Position numbers and translations under genes: made by a program. The notes below the pieces were generated by a model. That model did no database searches. It saw only the letters and a list, made by a program, of their open reading frames with translations, and was not told the DNA's origin. Shown here piece after piece: positions 11,152-21,433 of a stretch of DNA of 64,000 nt (within the stretch, counting starts at the first letter, position 1; every line of letters starts with the position of its first letter). The stretch comes from Desulfobacterales bacterium (GTDB taxonomy: Bacteria; Desulfobacterota; Desulfobacteria; Desulfobacterales; UBA5852): positions 1,984,001-2,048,000 of the forward strand of contig CAXXVS010000003.1 in NCBI GenBank assembly GCA_963674755.2. Reading direction: 5' to 3'.

Positions 11152-11508
11152 ATGATTATGATTCGATCCATCGTTCGTCCCGAAAAGGTCGACAATGTCC
11201 TGGCCGCTTTGATGGAGGCCGGTTTTCCCGGCGTTACCAAAATGTCGGTGGTTGGCCGCGGTAAGCAGCGCGGCATCAAAATCGGGGAAATCACCTATGA
11301 TGAAATTCCCAAGGAAATGCTGCTGACCGTCGTCAAAGACAACGACAAGGAGTTTGCCATCCGCACGATCATCAAGGCCGCCCGCACCGGGGACAAAGGC
11401 GCCTTCGGCGACGGTCGCATCTTTATCGTGCCGGTGATGGAAGCCTACACCATCAGTTCGGGCATGAAGGAAACCACGGACGGCGTTACGGAAGAGGTGG
11501 CGATATGA
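11152..11508 (+). CDS. nifI1: P-II family nitrogenase regulator NifI1
   Basis: MIRSIVRPEK...GRGKQRG..GDGRIF P-II motifs between nifH and nifD; RBS AAGGAG. Confidence 0.92.
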   Translation: MIMIRSIVRPEKVDNVLAALMEAGFPGVTKMSVVGRGKQRGIKIGEITYDEIPKEMLLTVVKDNDKEFAIRTIIKAARTGDKGAFGDGRIFIVPVMEAYTISSGMKETTDGVTEEVAI

Positions 11509-11885
11509 AAGAGCTGGTGGCCATCGTACGCATGAACATGATGAACAAGACCAAACGCGCGTTGGCCGAGGCCGGTTTGGGCTCGATTACGGCCCGCGAT
11601 GCGCTTGGCCGGGGGAAAGGGATTGTCGATCTGCAACTGCTCCAAGGGGCCGAGCATGGCTACGAGGAAGCGATCGCTCAACTCGGGCAGAGCCAGCGGC
11701 TGATACCGAAACGGGCGCTTTTGATGGTGGTGAACGACGACCTGGTGGAGAAGGCGGTCAAGACCATTATCAAGACCAACCGCACCGGCAAGTCCGGGGA
11801 CGGTATGATCTTTGTGTTGCCTTGTACGGAAGCTATTCGCGTGCGAACCGGCGAGCGGGGTGAGGACACGCTTGATGAAGGTTGA
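11505..11885 (+). CDS. nifI2: P-II family nitrogenase regulator NifI2
   Basis: GRGKG..GDGMIFV..RVRTGE; ATGA overlap with nifI1. Confidence 0.92.
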   Translation: MKELVAIVRMNMMNKTKRALAEAGLGSITARDALGRGKGIVDLQLLQGAEHGYEEAIAQLGQSQRLIPKRALLMVVNDDLVEKAVKTIIKTNRTGKSGDGMIFVLPCTEAIRVRTGERGEDTLDEG

Positions 11886-11944
11886 CGCATATTCGGCAAA
11901 ATCCCTCATCAATCATTTTTTGTTTTAAGACAGGAGATTTTCCC

Positions 11945-13609
11945 ATGGCTATGGGTGCTGATAAAAAAGAAAATGGAAGCCCTAAACTGGACAACCACGA
12001 TCCGGAAAAGGTGAAAGCCAGACTGCTGGCCAAATATCCTCCCAAAGTGGCCCGCAAGCGCGCCAAACAGATCGTCGTCAACAAGATCGATCCGGACGGC
12101 AAGGCGCCGGTCATCAGTTCCAATGTCCGCACCGTACCGGGACTCATGGGGCAGCGTGGGTGCTGCTATGCCGGCTGCAAGGGCGTGGTCCTGGGGCCGA
12201 CCCGGGACATCATCAACATCACCCACGGTCCCATCGGATGCGGTTTCTATAGCTGGCTGACCCGCCGCAACCAGACCGATCCGGAGAGCACCCCCGACGG
12301 CCACAACTTCATGACCTATTGCTTTTCAACGGACATGCAGGATGAAGAGATCATTTTCGGCGGGGAGAAAAAGCTCAAACAGGCCATCCAGGAAGCCTAC
12401 GACAATTTCAAGCCCAAGGCCATTGCGGTTTTCTCGACCTGCCCGGTGGGGCTGATCGGCGACGATGTGCATTCCGTCTGTCGCGAAATGAAGGCAAAAT
12501 TAGGCATCAATGTTTTCGGATTTTCGTGTGAGGGCTACAAAGGGGTCAGCCAGAGCGCCGGGCACCACATTGCCAACAACGGCATCTTCAAGCACGTGGT
12601 GGGCCTGGACGACACCATCGGCGACGGCCAATACCGCATCAACCTCCTCGGGGAGTACAACATCGGCGGCGACGCCTTCGAGATCGAGCGCCTGTTCGAG
12701 AAATGCGGCATCACCCTGGTGGCCTCCTACAGCGGCAATTCGAGTATCGACGCCTTCGCCAATTCCCATACGGCCGATCTCAACCTGATCATGTGCCACC
12801 GCTCCATCAATTATGTGGCGGAGATGATGGAAACCAAGTTCGGGGTGCCCTGGATCAAGGTCAATTTCATCGGGGCGGCGGCCACGGCCAAATCCCTGCG
12901 CAAGATCGCCCAGTATTTCGACGAACCGGAACTCACCGAAAAGGTGGAGCAGGTGATCGCCGCGGAGCTGCCGGCGGTGGAGAAGGCCTGCGCCGAAATA
13001 CGGCCGCGCACCGAAGGCAAGCGCGCCATGCTGTTCGTGGGCGGTTCGCGCGCCCACCACTACCAGGAATTGTTCAAAGAGATGGGGATGACGACGCTTT
13101 CCGCCGGCTACGAATTCGGACACCGGGACGACTACGAAGGTCGCAAGGTGCTCCCGGATATCAAGGTCGATGCCGACAGCCGCAACATCGAGGAATTGGA
13201 GATCACCCCCGATCCGGAGCGTTTCAATCCCCGCATCAGCGAGGACCGCAAAGCCGAATTGGAAGCCAAGGGCCTGCAGTTCGGCGAATACGACGGCATG
13301 ATGCCGGAAATGCCCGAGGGGTCCATGGTGATCGACGACCTCAGCCAGTACGAGACTGACGAGTTGATCAAGATCTTCAAGCCGGACCTCTTCTGCGCCG
13401 GCATCAAGGAAAAGTATGCGGTGCAAAAGCATGGCATTCCTTTGAAGCAGCTGCACAGCTACGACTACGGTGGGCCATACGCCGGTTTCAAGGGCGCCAT
13501 CAATTTCTACAAGGAAATCGACCGCATGGTGAACAGCAAGGTCTGGCAATACATGCGGGCGCCCTGGCAGGATCATCCGGAGTTGTCGGCGACCTATGCC
13601 TGGGAATAA
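11945..13609 (+). CDS. nifD: Nitrogenase MoFe protein alpha chain (long, clostridial-type insertion)
   Basis: GCCYAGC, HGPIGC, STCP P-cluster Cys; CHRS and LHSYDY cofactor ligands. Confidence 0.98.
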   Translation: MAMGADKKENGSPKLDNHDPEKVKARLLAKYPPKVARKRAKQIVVNKIDPDGKAPVISSNVRTVPGLMGQRGCCYAGCKGVVLGPTRDIINITHGPIGCGFYSWLTRRNQTDPESTPDGHNFMTYCFSTDMQDEEIIFGGEKKLKQAIQEAYDNFKPKAIAVFSTCPVGLIGDDVHSVCREMKAKLGINVFGFSCEGYKGVSQSAGHHIANNGIFKHVVGLDDTIGDGQYRINLLGEYNIGGDAFEIERLFEKCGITLVASYSGNSSIDAFANSHTADLNLIMCHRSINYVAEMMETKFGVPWIKVNFIGAAATAKSLRKIAQYFDEPELTEKVEQVIAAELPAVEKACAEIRPRTEGKRAMLFVGGSRAHHYQELFKEMGMTTLSAGYEFGHRDDYEGRKVLPDIKVDADSRNIEELEITPDPERFNPRISEDRKAELEAKGLQFGEYDGMMPEMPEGSMVIDDLSQYETDELIKIFKPDLFCAGIKEKYAVQKHGIPLKQLHSYDYGGPYAGFKGAINFYKEIDRMVNSKVWQYMRAPWQDHPELSATYAWE

Positions 13610-13749
13610 TTTCCATTCAGAAATGGTCTTTTTGCCCAATCTCTGCGTCAATCGGCAGCATTGCTTGTGCGGCGTAGCGGGTTACGCCTCCGCGCAATGC
13701 TTTGATTTCCTTGACCTTGAGCAAAAATCCTCATTTCTGAATTGGAAAT
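13609..13749. repeat. ~140-nt long-hairpin repeat family B, copy 1 (nifD-nifK)
   Basis: Terminal IR ATTTCCATTCAGAAATG / CATTTCTGAATTGGAAAT, nested stems, apical GGCGTAGC-GG-GTTACGCC. Confidence 0.8.
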
Positions 13750-13843
13750 GAGATAACCACTTTAAAAGTTCTATCGAGTTATAGCTGACGCATAGATCGT
13801 CTCATCAGCCATGCAACAGCTCAAGAACAGGAGACAAATAGAT

Positions 13844-15223
13844 ATGCTACTGCGACATACCCCCACTGAAATCAAAGAACGCCGTGCCTTGACCGTCAAC
13901 CCGGCCAAGACCTGCCAGCCCATCGGCGCCATGTATGCCGCCCTGGGGGTCCACGGCTGCCTGCCCCACAGTCACGGCTCCCAGGGCTGTTACGCCTATC
14001 ATCGCAGCGCCCTGACCCGCCATTTCAAGGAGCCCGTGGTGGCCGCCACCAGCGCTTTCACGGAAGGGGCTTCGGTTTTCGGCGGCCAGGCGAACCTGGT
14101 GCAGGCCATCGACAACATTTTCGCGGTCTACAACCCGGAGGTCATCGCCGTGCATACCACCTGCCTGTCGGAGACCATCGGCGACGACGTGCCCCAGATC
14201 GTGGCCAAGGCCAAGGCGGACGGCAAGGTCCCCGAAGGTAAGTACGTCTTCCATGCCAACACCCCCAGCTATGTGGGATCGCATATCACCGGGTTTGCGA
14301 GTATGACCAAGGCCATGGTGGACTATTTTGCCGAAACCAACGGTCACAAGGCGAAGACCATCAATCTGATTCCCGGTTATGTGGAACCCTCGGACATGGC
14401 TGAAATCAGGCGCATCGCGCAGATGATGGGCATTGCCACCATCATGTTCCCGGACACCTCCAAAGTGCTCAACGGTCCCCTGACCGGCAAGTACAAGATG
14501 TTTCCCGAGGGGGGCGTCACCATCGATGATCTCAAAAAGAGCGGCAGCAGCAAAGGTACCATCGCGTTGGGCCGGACGGCCTCCCTGCCGGCCGCCCGGG
14601 CCCTGGACGCCAAGTGCAAGGTCCCCTGTGAAATCCTGGGGCTGCCGGTGGGACTGCACGGCACCGACGCCTATGTGGATACGCTGCGGCGCATGGCCGG
14701 GGTGAATGTTCCGGACAAGCTGAACCTGGAGCGCGGTCAGCTGGTGGACAGCATTTCCGACTGGCACCAATACCTCTACGGTAAACGGGTGGCGGTGGTG
14801 GGCGACCCGGATCAGGTGCTGGCCATGACGAAGTTTTTGGTTTCTCTCGACATGCAGCCCGTGCATATCGTTACGGGATCGCCGGCCGGCAAGAAATATG
14901 AAAAATCCTTACGGGAAGCGGTGGCGGAAGTTCCCGGCGAGGTGAATATCAAGGTGCCCGGCGACATGCTGCTCTTCCACCAATGGATCAAAAACGATCC
15001 GGTGGACCTCATCGTCGGCAACACCTACGCCAAATACATCGCCAAGGACGAGGACATCCCCCTTGTGCGTTACGGGTTCCCGATCTACGACCGGCTGGGC
15101 CACAGCTACTTTTCCACCATGGGCTACCGCGGCGGCCTGCGGCTGCTGGAGAAATTGCTGGATGCCATCCTGGACCGCAAGGACCGCGATGCGGATGACA
15201 TTACCATGGAGCTGGTCATGTAA
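13844..15223 (+). CDS. nifK: Nitrogenase MoFe protein beta chain
   Basis: NPAKTCQPIGA, HGSQGC, TTCLSETIGDD; RBS AGGAG. Confidence 0.98.
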   Translation: MLLRHTPTEIKERRALTVNPAKTCQPIGAMYAALGVHGCLPHSHGSQGCYAYHRSALTRHFKEPVVAATSAFTEGASVFGGQANLVQAIDNIFAVYNPEVIAVHTTCLSETIGDDVPQIVAKAKADGKVPEGKYVFHANTPSYVGSHITGFASMTKAMVDYFAETNGHKAKTINLIPGYVEPSDMAEIRRIAQMMGIATIMFPDTSKVLNGPLTGKYKMFPEGGVTIDDLKKSGSSKGTIALGRTASLPAARALDAKCKVPCEILGLPVGLHGTDAYVDTLRRMAGVNVPDKLNLERGQLVDSISDWHQYLYGKRVAVVGDPDQVLAMTKFLVSLDMQPVHIVTGSPAGKKYEKSLREAVAEVPGEVNIKVPGDMLLFHQWIKNDPVDLIVGNTYAKYIAKDEDIPLVRYGFPIYDRLGHSYFSTMGYRGGLRLLEKLLDAILDRKDRDADDITMELVM

Positions 15224-15257
15224 TGTTTTTCCGGAAACGTCGTTTCCGGAAAAACAT
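15223..15257. repeat. Perfect 17-bp inverted repeat with 1-nt spacer after nifK
   Basis: ATGTTTTTCCGGAAACG-T-CGTTTCCGGAAAAACAT. Confidence 0.85.
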
Positions 15258-15350
15258 CATAAAAACCATTTTGATCCGGCCCAGTCGTTTGGATTTATGC
15301 GTGCCATGTCCAAACGGGCGGTTCCAAGCATCCAATAAAAGGAAAAGGTC

Positions 15351-16700
15351 ATGTCTTCCATCCCTATTCTTGAAGAACGGCAGGGCCAGATTCACTGCAA
15401 GGGCGAGGCCCCCTTTGCGATGACTTGCGGCCAACACAGTCTGGCCGGATCGGTCAGCCAGCGGGCCTGCGTGTTCTGCGGCTCCCGTGTGGTGCTCTAT
15501 CCCATCGCCGATGCCTTGCATCTGATCCACGGCCCCATCGGCTGTGCCGCCTATACCTGGGATATCCGCGGCGCCCTTTCTTCGGGGCCGGAGCTGCACC
15601 GTATGAGCTTTTCCACCGACCTGCGGGAGAAGGATGTCATCTTCGGCGGCGAGAAGAAGTTGGCCGCAGCCCTGGACGAGTTGATCGATACGTATAAACC
15701 CGAGGCCGCCTTCGTCTATTCCACCTGTATCGTCGGCATCATCGGCGACGATGTGGCCGCGGTGTGCCGCAAGATGGAAAAAGAAAAGGGCATTCCGGTG
15801 CTGCCGGTCCATTCGGAAGGCTTCAAGGGGACCAAGAAGGACGGCTACAAGGCGGCCTGCGATGCGCTTTTCGAATTGGTGGGCACCGGCGCCACCGACG
15901 CCATCCCGCCGGTCAGCATCAATATCCTGGGGGAGTTCAATATCGGCGGCGAAGCCTGGCTGATCAAGCGATACTACGAACAGATGGGGGTCAAGGTGGT
16001 GTCCATTATGACCGGCGACGGCCGGGTGGACCAGATCCGGCGCAGCCACGGGGCGGCCCTCAACGTGGTGCAGTGCTCGGGCGCGCTGACCTTTCTGGCC
16101 GATATGATGAAGGCGGAATACGGCATTCCCTACATCCGGGCCTCCTATTTCGGGATCGACGACATGGCCAAGGCGCTCTACGACGTGGCCGCGCATTTCG
16201 GCGAGCAACCCGAAGTCCTGGCCCGCACCCGGGAGATCGTGCGGCGGGAGATCGAAGCCATCATGCCCGAGATCAACCGCCTGCGGCGCGACCTGACCGG
16301 CAAGCGCGCGGCCATCTATGTGGGGGGCGCCTTCAAGGCCTTCTCCCTGATCAAGGCCCTGCGCTACCTCGGCATGGCGGTGGTGCTGGTGGGCTCCCAG
16401 ACCGGCAACGAAAGCGACTACGCCACCCTGCGGGAGATGTGTGCCGACGGGACCATCATCCTGGACGATGCCAATCCCCTGGAACTCTCCAAGTACATCA
16501 TCGAAAAGAAGGCCGATCTCTTTATCGGCGGTGTCAAGGAGCGCCCCATCGCGTTCAAGATGGGGATCGGGTTCTGCGACCACAACCACGAGCGCAAGAT
16601 GCCCCTGGCGGGATTTGCCGGCATGCTGCAGTTCGCCCGCGAGGTGCACACCTCGGTGACCAGCCCGGTGTGGCAGTTCGTCCCGGCCCGGGCGTCCTGA
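15351..16700 (+). CDS. nifE: FeMo-cofactor scaffold NifE
   Basis: SQRACVFCG, HGPIGC, STCIVG, VVQCS. Confidence 0.96.
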   Translation: MSSIPILEERQGQIHCKGEAPFAMTCGQHSLAGSVSQRACVFCGSRVVLYPIADALHLIHGPIGCAAYTWDIRGALSSGPELHRMSFSTDLREKDVIFGGEKKLAAALDELIDTYKPEAAFVYSTCIVGIIGDDVAAVCRKMEKEKGIPVLPVHSEGFKGTKKDGYKAACDALFELVGTGATDAIPPVSINILGEFNIGGEAWLIKRYYEQMGVKVVSIMTGDGRVDQIRRSHGAALNVVQCSGALTFLADMMKAEYGIPYIRASYFGIDDMAKALYDVAAHFGEQPEVLARTREIVRREIEAIMPEINRLRRDLTGKRAAIYVGGAFKAFSLIKALRYLGMAVVLVGSQTGNESDYATLREMCADGTIILDDANPLELSKYIIEKKADLFIGGVKERPIAFKMGIGFCDHNHERKMPLAGFAGMLQFAREVHTSVTSPVWQFVPARAS

Positions 16701-16713
16701 AGAGGAGAGAAAG

Positions 16714-18093
16714 ATGAGTACAACGACCGATCTGCGACCCGAACATGCCACCGCCACCCAGAATGCCTGCAACCTGTGCGCCCCTCTCGGGGCGGCCCTG
16801 GCCTTCAAGGGCGTCGCCAACTGCGTGCCGCTGCTGCACGGCTCCCAGGGGTGCTCCACCTATATCCGCCGCTACATGATCAGCCACTTCAAAGAACCCC
16901 TGGACATTGCCTGCTCCAATTTCGGCGAGCAGACGGCGATCTTCGGCGGCGGGGCCAACCTGAAGCTGGCCCTGGACAACATCCGCAAGCAGTACAGCCC
17001 CGATCTGATCGGCATCGCCACCACCTGCCTGTCCGAGACCATCGGCGACGACGTGCCCATGTTCATCAAGTCCTATCAGGCGGACAATCGAGACGAGGCG
17101 TTGCCGGCTCTGGTGCATGTGGCCACCCCCAGCTACCAGGGCACCCACATGCAGGGCTTCCACGGAGCGGTGCGCGCCCTGGTGGCGGCACTAGCCGAAT
17201 CCGGCGCTACCGAAGGGGCTGCGGTCAATCTCTTTCCCGGCATGGTATCGCCGTCCGATCTGCGCCACCTGAAAGATATTCTGGCGGCCTTCGGCTTGGA
17301 AGGCATTCTGGTGCCTGACTACAGCGATACCTTAAACGGCCCTTTATGGAGCGAATATCAGCGCATCCCCGAAGGGGGCACACCCGTCACGGCCCTGCGC
17401 CGTACCGGCCGGGCCGCCGCCAGTATCGAATGCGGTCTTGTCCTGGCCGGCGGTAAGGACACCGCCGGCACCTGGCTGGAGACCCATCGGGATATCCCTC
17501 TGCACCGGCTGGGGCTGCCCATCGGAATCCGCCAGACGGATCGATTTTTGGAAATCCTGTCCACCATCAGCGGCCGTCCGATTCCCGGGAAATACACAGG
17601 CCAGCGGGGGCGTCTGCTGGATGCCATGGTGGATGGCCATAAGCACCTGAACGGTGTGCGGGCCGCCATCTTTGGCGAGGAAGACCTGGTGGCCGGTTTG
17701 GCCGGTTTCTGCAGCGAAATCGGCATCGTTCCGGCGCTCTGCGCCACCGGCGGCGGCAAGGGATGCTTTGCGACGGCGGTGAAGGGCGTAGTGCCCGAGC
17801 GCTACCACGCTGAGATGCAGATCCTGGAAGACGTGGATTTCGTGACGATCGAAAAGACCCTGGAAGCCGCCGGCAACGTAGATCTGCTCATCGGCCACAG
17901 CAAGGGCTACACCATGAGCCGTCGCTTGAAACGTCCCCTGGTGCGGGTGGGCTTCCCGGTGCATGACCGGGTGGACGGCAGCCGGCTGCTGCACCTGGGC
18001 TATCGCGGCGCCCAGCAGCTTTTCGATCGCATTGCTAATACCTTGATTGAAGAGAAGCAGAAGAACAATGCGGTCGGCTATACCTACTATTGA
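16714..18093 (+). CDS. nifN: FeMo-cofactor scaffold NifN
   Basis: NACNLCAPLGA, HGSQGC, TTCLSETIGDD; follows nifE. Confidence 0.93.
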   Translation: MSTTTDLRPEHATATQNACNLCAPLGAALAFKGVANCVPLLHGSQGCSTYIRRYMISHFKEPLDIACSNFGEQTAIFGGGANLKLALDNIRKQYSPDLIGIATTCLSETIGDDVPMFIKSYQADNRDEALPALVHVATPSYQGTHMQGFHGAVRALVAALAESGATEGAAVNLFPGMVSPSDLRHLKDILAAFGLEGILVPDYSDTLNGPLWSEYQRIPEGGTPVTALRRTGRAAASIECGLVLAGGKDTAGTWLETHRDIPLHRLGLPIGIRQTDRFLEILSTISGRPIPGKYTGQRGRLLDAMVDGHKHLNGVRAAIFGEEDLVAGLAGFCSEIGIVPALCATGGGKGCFATAVKGVVPERYHAEMQILEDVDFVTIEKTLEAAGNVDLLIGHSKGYTMSRRLKRPLVRVGFPVHDRVDGSRLLHLGYRGAQQLFDRIANTLIEEKQKNNAVGYTYY

Positions 18094-18121
18094 CGGTTTC
18101 GAAAATTGAGAGGGACGTACC

Positions 18122-19396
18122 ATGAATATCGACAACCATCCCTGCTTCAACCCCGGTGCCTGCAAATCCTTCGGGAGGGTTCACCTGCCGGTGGCGCCGC
18201 GCTGCAATATCCAGTGCAAGTTTTGCAACCGCCAATTCGACTGCGTGAACGAGACGCGGCCCGGTGTGACCAGCGCCGTGCTCTCCCCGGCCCAGGCCAT
18301 GGTCTACCTGGAGGAAGTCTTCGCCCGCAAGGGGAACATCTCCGTGGTGGGGATCGCCGGCCCCGGCGATCCTTTTGCCAATCCCCGCGAGACGCTGGAG
18401 ACCTTGTCCCGGGTGCGGGCCCGCTACCCCGAGGTGATGCTGTGCGTGGCCACCAACGGCCTCAATCTGAGTCCGTATATCGATGAGCTCGCGCGGCGCC
18501 AGGTGAGCCATGTCACCGTCACGGTCAACGCCGTGGATCCGGCCGTCGGCGCCCGGATCTATGCCTGGATGCGACCGGGCAAGCGGGTGGTCCGCGCCGA
18601 GGAGGGGGCCCGCCTCCTGCTCGAACGCCAGTTGGAGGCCATTCAGGGGCTCAAGGCGCATGGCATCATCGTCAAGGTCAACAGCATCATCCTGCCCGGC
18701 ATCAATGAGGACCATATCGAGACCGTGGCCCGGAAGATGGCCGGCCTGGGGGTGGATCTCTTCAATGCCATGCCCTACTACCCCAATGCCGGTTCCGACT
18801 TCGAGCATTTGGAGGAGCCCGGCAAGGATACGGTGGCGGCTATCCGTGAAAAAGCGGCCCGCCATGTCAAACAGATGCGCCATTGCACCCGCTGCCGGGC
18901 CGACGCGGTGGGACTGCTGGGGGAAGCGCCGGACAAGGAGCTCATGAACACCCTGACGGCCTGCCGCCGCTTGGAAGTGACCAAGCCCCGCGCCGGCCGG
19001 GTATCGCCGCGTCCCAACGTGGCCGTGGCCAGCATGGAAGGGGTCCTGGTGAACCAGCATCTGGGAGAGGCGGAAAAACTCATGGTTTACGGCGAGAAGG
19101 AGGGCCGGATCCAGTTGCTGGACGTACGGGCCGCCCCGGCCCGGGGCGGTGGCCAGCAGCGCTGGCAGGCCATGGCCGAAACCCTGGCGGACTGCAGCAC
19201 GCTGCTGGTCAGCGGGGTGGGGGCCAATCCCCGGAAAACCCTGACGGCTTCGGGCATGGAAGTGCTGGAGATCGAAGGACTCATCGAAGAAGCCCTGCGG
19301 GCGGTCTTCGCCGGCGAGAACCTGAACCACATGGCCAAGCGGTCGCTGACAGCCTGTGGTTCGGCTTGTGGCGGCAACGGTATGGGATGTGGTTAG
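18122..19396 (+). CDS. nifB: Radical SAM protein NifB with C-terminal NifX-like domain
   Basis: HPCF, CNIQCKFC, ETRPG, AGPGDP, TNG, CTRCRADA; C-terminal VNQHLGEA. Confidence 0.97.
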   Translation: MNIDNHPCFNPGACKSFGRVHLPVAPRCNIQCKFCNRQFDCVNETRPGVTSAVLSPAQAMVYLEEVFARKGNISVVGIAGPGDPFANPRETLETLSRVRARYPEVMLCVATNGLNLSPYIDELARRQVSHVTVTVNAVDPAVGARIYAWMRPGKRVVRAEEGARLLLERQLEAIQGLKAHGIIVKVNSIILPGINEDHIETVARKMAGLGVDLFNAMPYYPNAGSDFEHLEEPGKDTVAAIREKAARHVKQMRHCTRCRADAVGLLGEAPDKELMNTLTACRRLEVTKPRAGRVSPRPNVAVASMEGVLVNQHLGEAEKLMVYGEKEGRIQLLDVRAAPARGGGQQRWQAMAETLADCSTLLVSGVGANPRKTLTASGMEVLEIEGLIEEALRAVFAGENLNHMAKRSLTACGSACGGNGMGCG

Positions 19397-19541
19397 GTTG
19401 GCCCGTTAGGGCAGGCATCTTTCGCTCCTGGGCGGTGTTCTCGCCGATTGGTGATCCTCGACGTAGCGCGGCTACGCCTGCGGTCACCAATCGGATGCGG
19501 CCTTGCCCAGAAGCAAAATCTACCCGCCCTAACAGGCCAAC
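19397..19541. repeat. Family B long-hairpin repeat, copy 2 (nifB-ferredoxin)
   Basis: IR GTTGGCCCGTTAGGGC / GCCCTAACAGGCCAAC; apical CGTAGC-GCG-GCTACG. Confidence 0.85.
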
Positions 19542-19588
19542 AGTGTTGATTGAAATACAGTTTTTTCAGCTAATGAAAGGAAGAAAAA

Positions 19589-19894
19589 ATGGAAAAACCG
19601 GAACACCATATTTTTGTCTGTGCCAGCTTTCGGGCCGACGGCGATCCCAAGGGGGTTTGCCACAAAAAGGGATCGGCGGCCCTGCTGCCCTATATCGAGA
19701 ACGAAATTCTCGACCGGGGACTGGATGCCCAGATCACCGCCACGGGGTGCATGAAAGCCTGCGACTACGGGCCGGTCATGGTGATCCAGCCCCAGGGGCT
19801 GTGGTACGGCAATGTGGACGGTGAAGAGGCCGTGGACGAGATCCTGGACGCCCTGGAAGACGGGGCCGTGGTGGATGAGCGGCTCATTTCATAG
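19589..19894 (+). CDS. Thioredoxin-like [2Fe-2S] ferredoxin, nif-associated
   Basis: HIFVC...GVC...TGCMKAC.YGP..VIQPQGLWY pattern. Confidence 0.9.
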   Translation: MEKPEHHIFVCASFRADGDPKGVCHKKGSAALLPYIENEILDRGLDAQITATGCMKACDYGPVMVIQPQGLWYGNVDGEEAVDEILDALEDGAVVDERLIS

Positions 19895-20089
19895 AAAACA
19901 GCTCAAAAAAGTTTTTTCGCCCGATATCGGCGTTGATGCCTCTTCTCAAGTCCTTGACCTACTTGAGTATGCCGGCGGCATTGATCCTCGGCTTCGCCTT
20001 GATCTCGAACGAAAACCCAAATTTTGAGATATCTCCTATTCACAAAAAGTGTCATGAACGCGACCGATTCGCTCAAAGGGGCTTATCCC

Positions 20090-20515
20090 ATGCAAATTCT
20101 TTCTTCGATCACCGATTGGCAGGACCATGTCCAGGCCGGAATGAAGTATTTGAAGACGGCCGGCAACGGCTTGAACCGTCGCGCCGTGTTCAACAATGAA
20201 TTGATTTTTCAGTTGGCCGCCATGGCCATCGAAAAGATTATTGTCGGCATCTGCCAGTATCACGGACAGATGCCGACGGATCATACCCTCTCCGGCCTGG
20301 TGGAGGCGCTGGGGCCGGTATGCCCCTTGAGTGACGACCTGGCCGGCATGATACGACGTGTCGAACAAGTGGATGACATGTGTTCGCTGAGTCCGGACAA
20401 TCGCCTCCCGCCCGGCGATGTCGAGATCGAAATCGCCTTGCTGGCGGGCCGCGAAGTGGCCTGTTTTGCCAAACAGCACATCCCCTTGCAAGATATGGCG
20501 ACGGCCGCCGCCTGA
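20090..20515 (+). CDS. HEPN-like domain protein
   Basis: QLAAMAIEKIIVG...PTDHTLSGL resembles HEPN QQAVEK..THDL..L; purine-rich RBS before ATG 20090. Confidence 0.6.
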   Translation: MQILSSITDWQDHVQAGMKYLKTAGNGLNRRAVFNNELIFQLAAMAIEKIIVGICQYHGQMPTDHTLSGLVEALGPVCPLSDDLAGMIRRVEQVDDMCSLSPDNRLPPGDVEIEIALLAGREVACFAKQHIPLQDMATAAA

Positions 20516-20627
20516 GGCCGTGCGATGCTTTAGCCGTGTTTGTCCGGAGCGGCATCTTGCGGCCCTGGCCAAAACCCGAAGCGACCCCTTCGGGACGGAC
20601 ACCATTATTTACGAAAGGCCCCCCTTT

Positions 20628-20879
20628 ATGAAAGCTACCTGGGAGAAAATTTTTGAATACGCCTCCATGCCCCTGCACGGCACCATGTCGCGCAAATTGC
20701 GCAAGGGCATGCGGCTGCAGATCAACGAAGGCAAAGTCTACGAGGCGGCGGTACTGTTTCTTAACGACAAATTCGTGCGGCTCACCGAAACCGATGCGGA
20801 CGGCGGTGCCATCAACACCTATTACGACATGGACAAAATTGCGTCCATCCGCACCTTGAGCCCGGGCGAGAAGACATGA
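20628..20879 (+). CDS. Small hypothetical protein (83 aa)
   Basis: GAAAGG RBS, protein-like composition, co-directional with the nif operon. Confidence 0.75.
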   Translation: MKATWEKIFEYASMPLHGTMSRKLRKGMRLQINEGKVYEAAVLFLNDKFVRLTETDADGGAINTYYDMDKIASIRTLSPGEKT

Positions 20880-20950
20880 CCGTTTGCAGGCAACTTCAGA
20901 CCCGACGGATACCGCCTTCCAGCGGTCCCGCGGGATGGCGTTGCCGGGAG

Positions 20951-21433
20951 ATGCCAATGGATACCACGGGGCTGGTGATACGTCCTGCCCGGCAGGACGA
21001 CCTGGACGCGATGGTTGGGCTGTTGCAGGCCCTGTTTGCCATCGAGGAAGATTTCGTCCCGAACCCGGAGCGCCAGCGGCGGGGCCTGACCCGCTTTCTG
21101 GACGGTTGCGGCAGGCACCGCTGTATCCTGGTGGCGGAGGCCCAGGGACAGGTGGTCGCCATGGCCACGATTCAGATCCTGATTTCCACCGCCGAGGGCG
21201 GACCGGTGGGACTGGTGGAAGACGTGGTGGTACGGGAAGACTGCCGCGGCGTCGGGGTTGGCCACCGCCTGATGGCGGTCCTGGTGGCCTGGGCGGTGGA
21301 TCGTCAATTGACCCGGCTGCAGCTGCTGGCCGATCGTACGAACTTCGAAGCCCTGGATTTTTACGACCGTATGGGCTGGCTGCCCACACGTCTGATCTGC
21401 CTGAGGAAAAAAGGTGGTTCCAACCGACGTTAA
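20951..21433 (+). CDS. GNAT family N-acetyltransferase
   Basis: VEDVVVREDCRGVGVG acetyl-CoA motif A, N..A..FY..MGW; start uncertain (20876/20951/20957). Confidence 0.9.
   Translation: MPMDTTGLVIRPARQDDLDAMVGLLQALFAIEEDFVPNPERQRRGLTRFLDGCGRHRCILVAEAQGQVVAMATIQILISTAEGGPVGLVEDVVVREDCRGVGVGHRLMAVLVAWAVDRQLTRLQLLADRTNFEALDFYDRMGWLPTRLICLRKKGGSNRR

Noticed and set aside
11945..15223. Alternative (V/Fe) nitrogenase
   Set aside because: No vnfG/anfG between D and K; the CHRS and LHSYDY contexts and nifEN fit Mo-nitrogenase.
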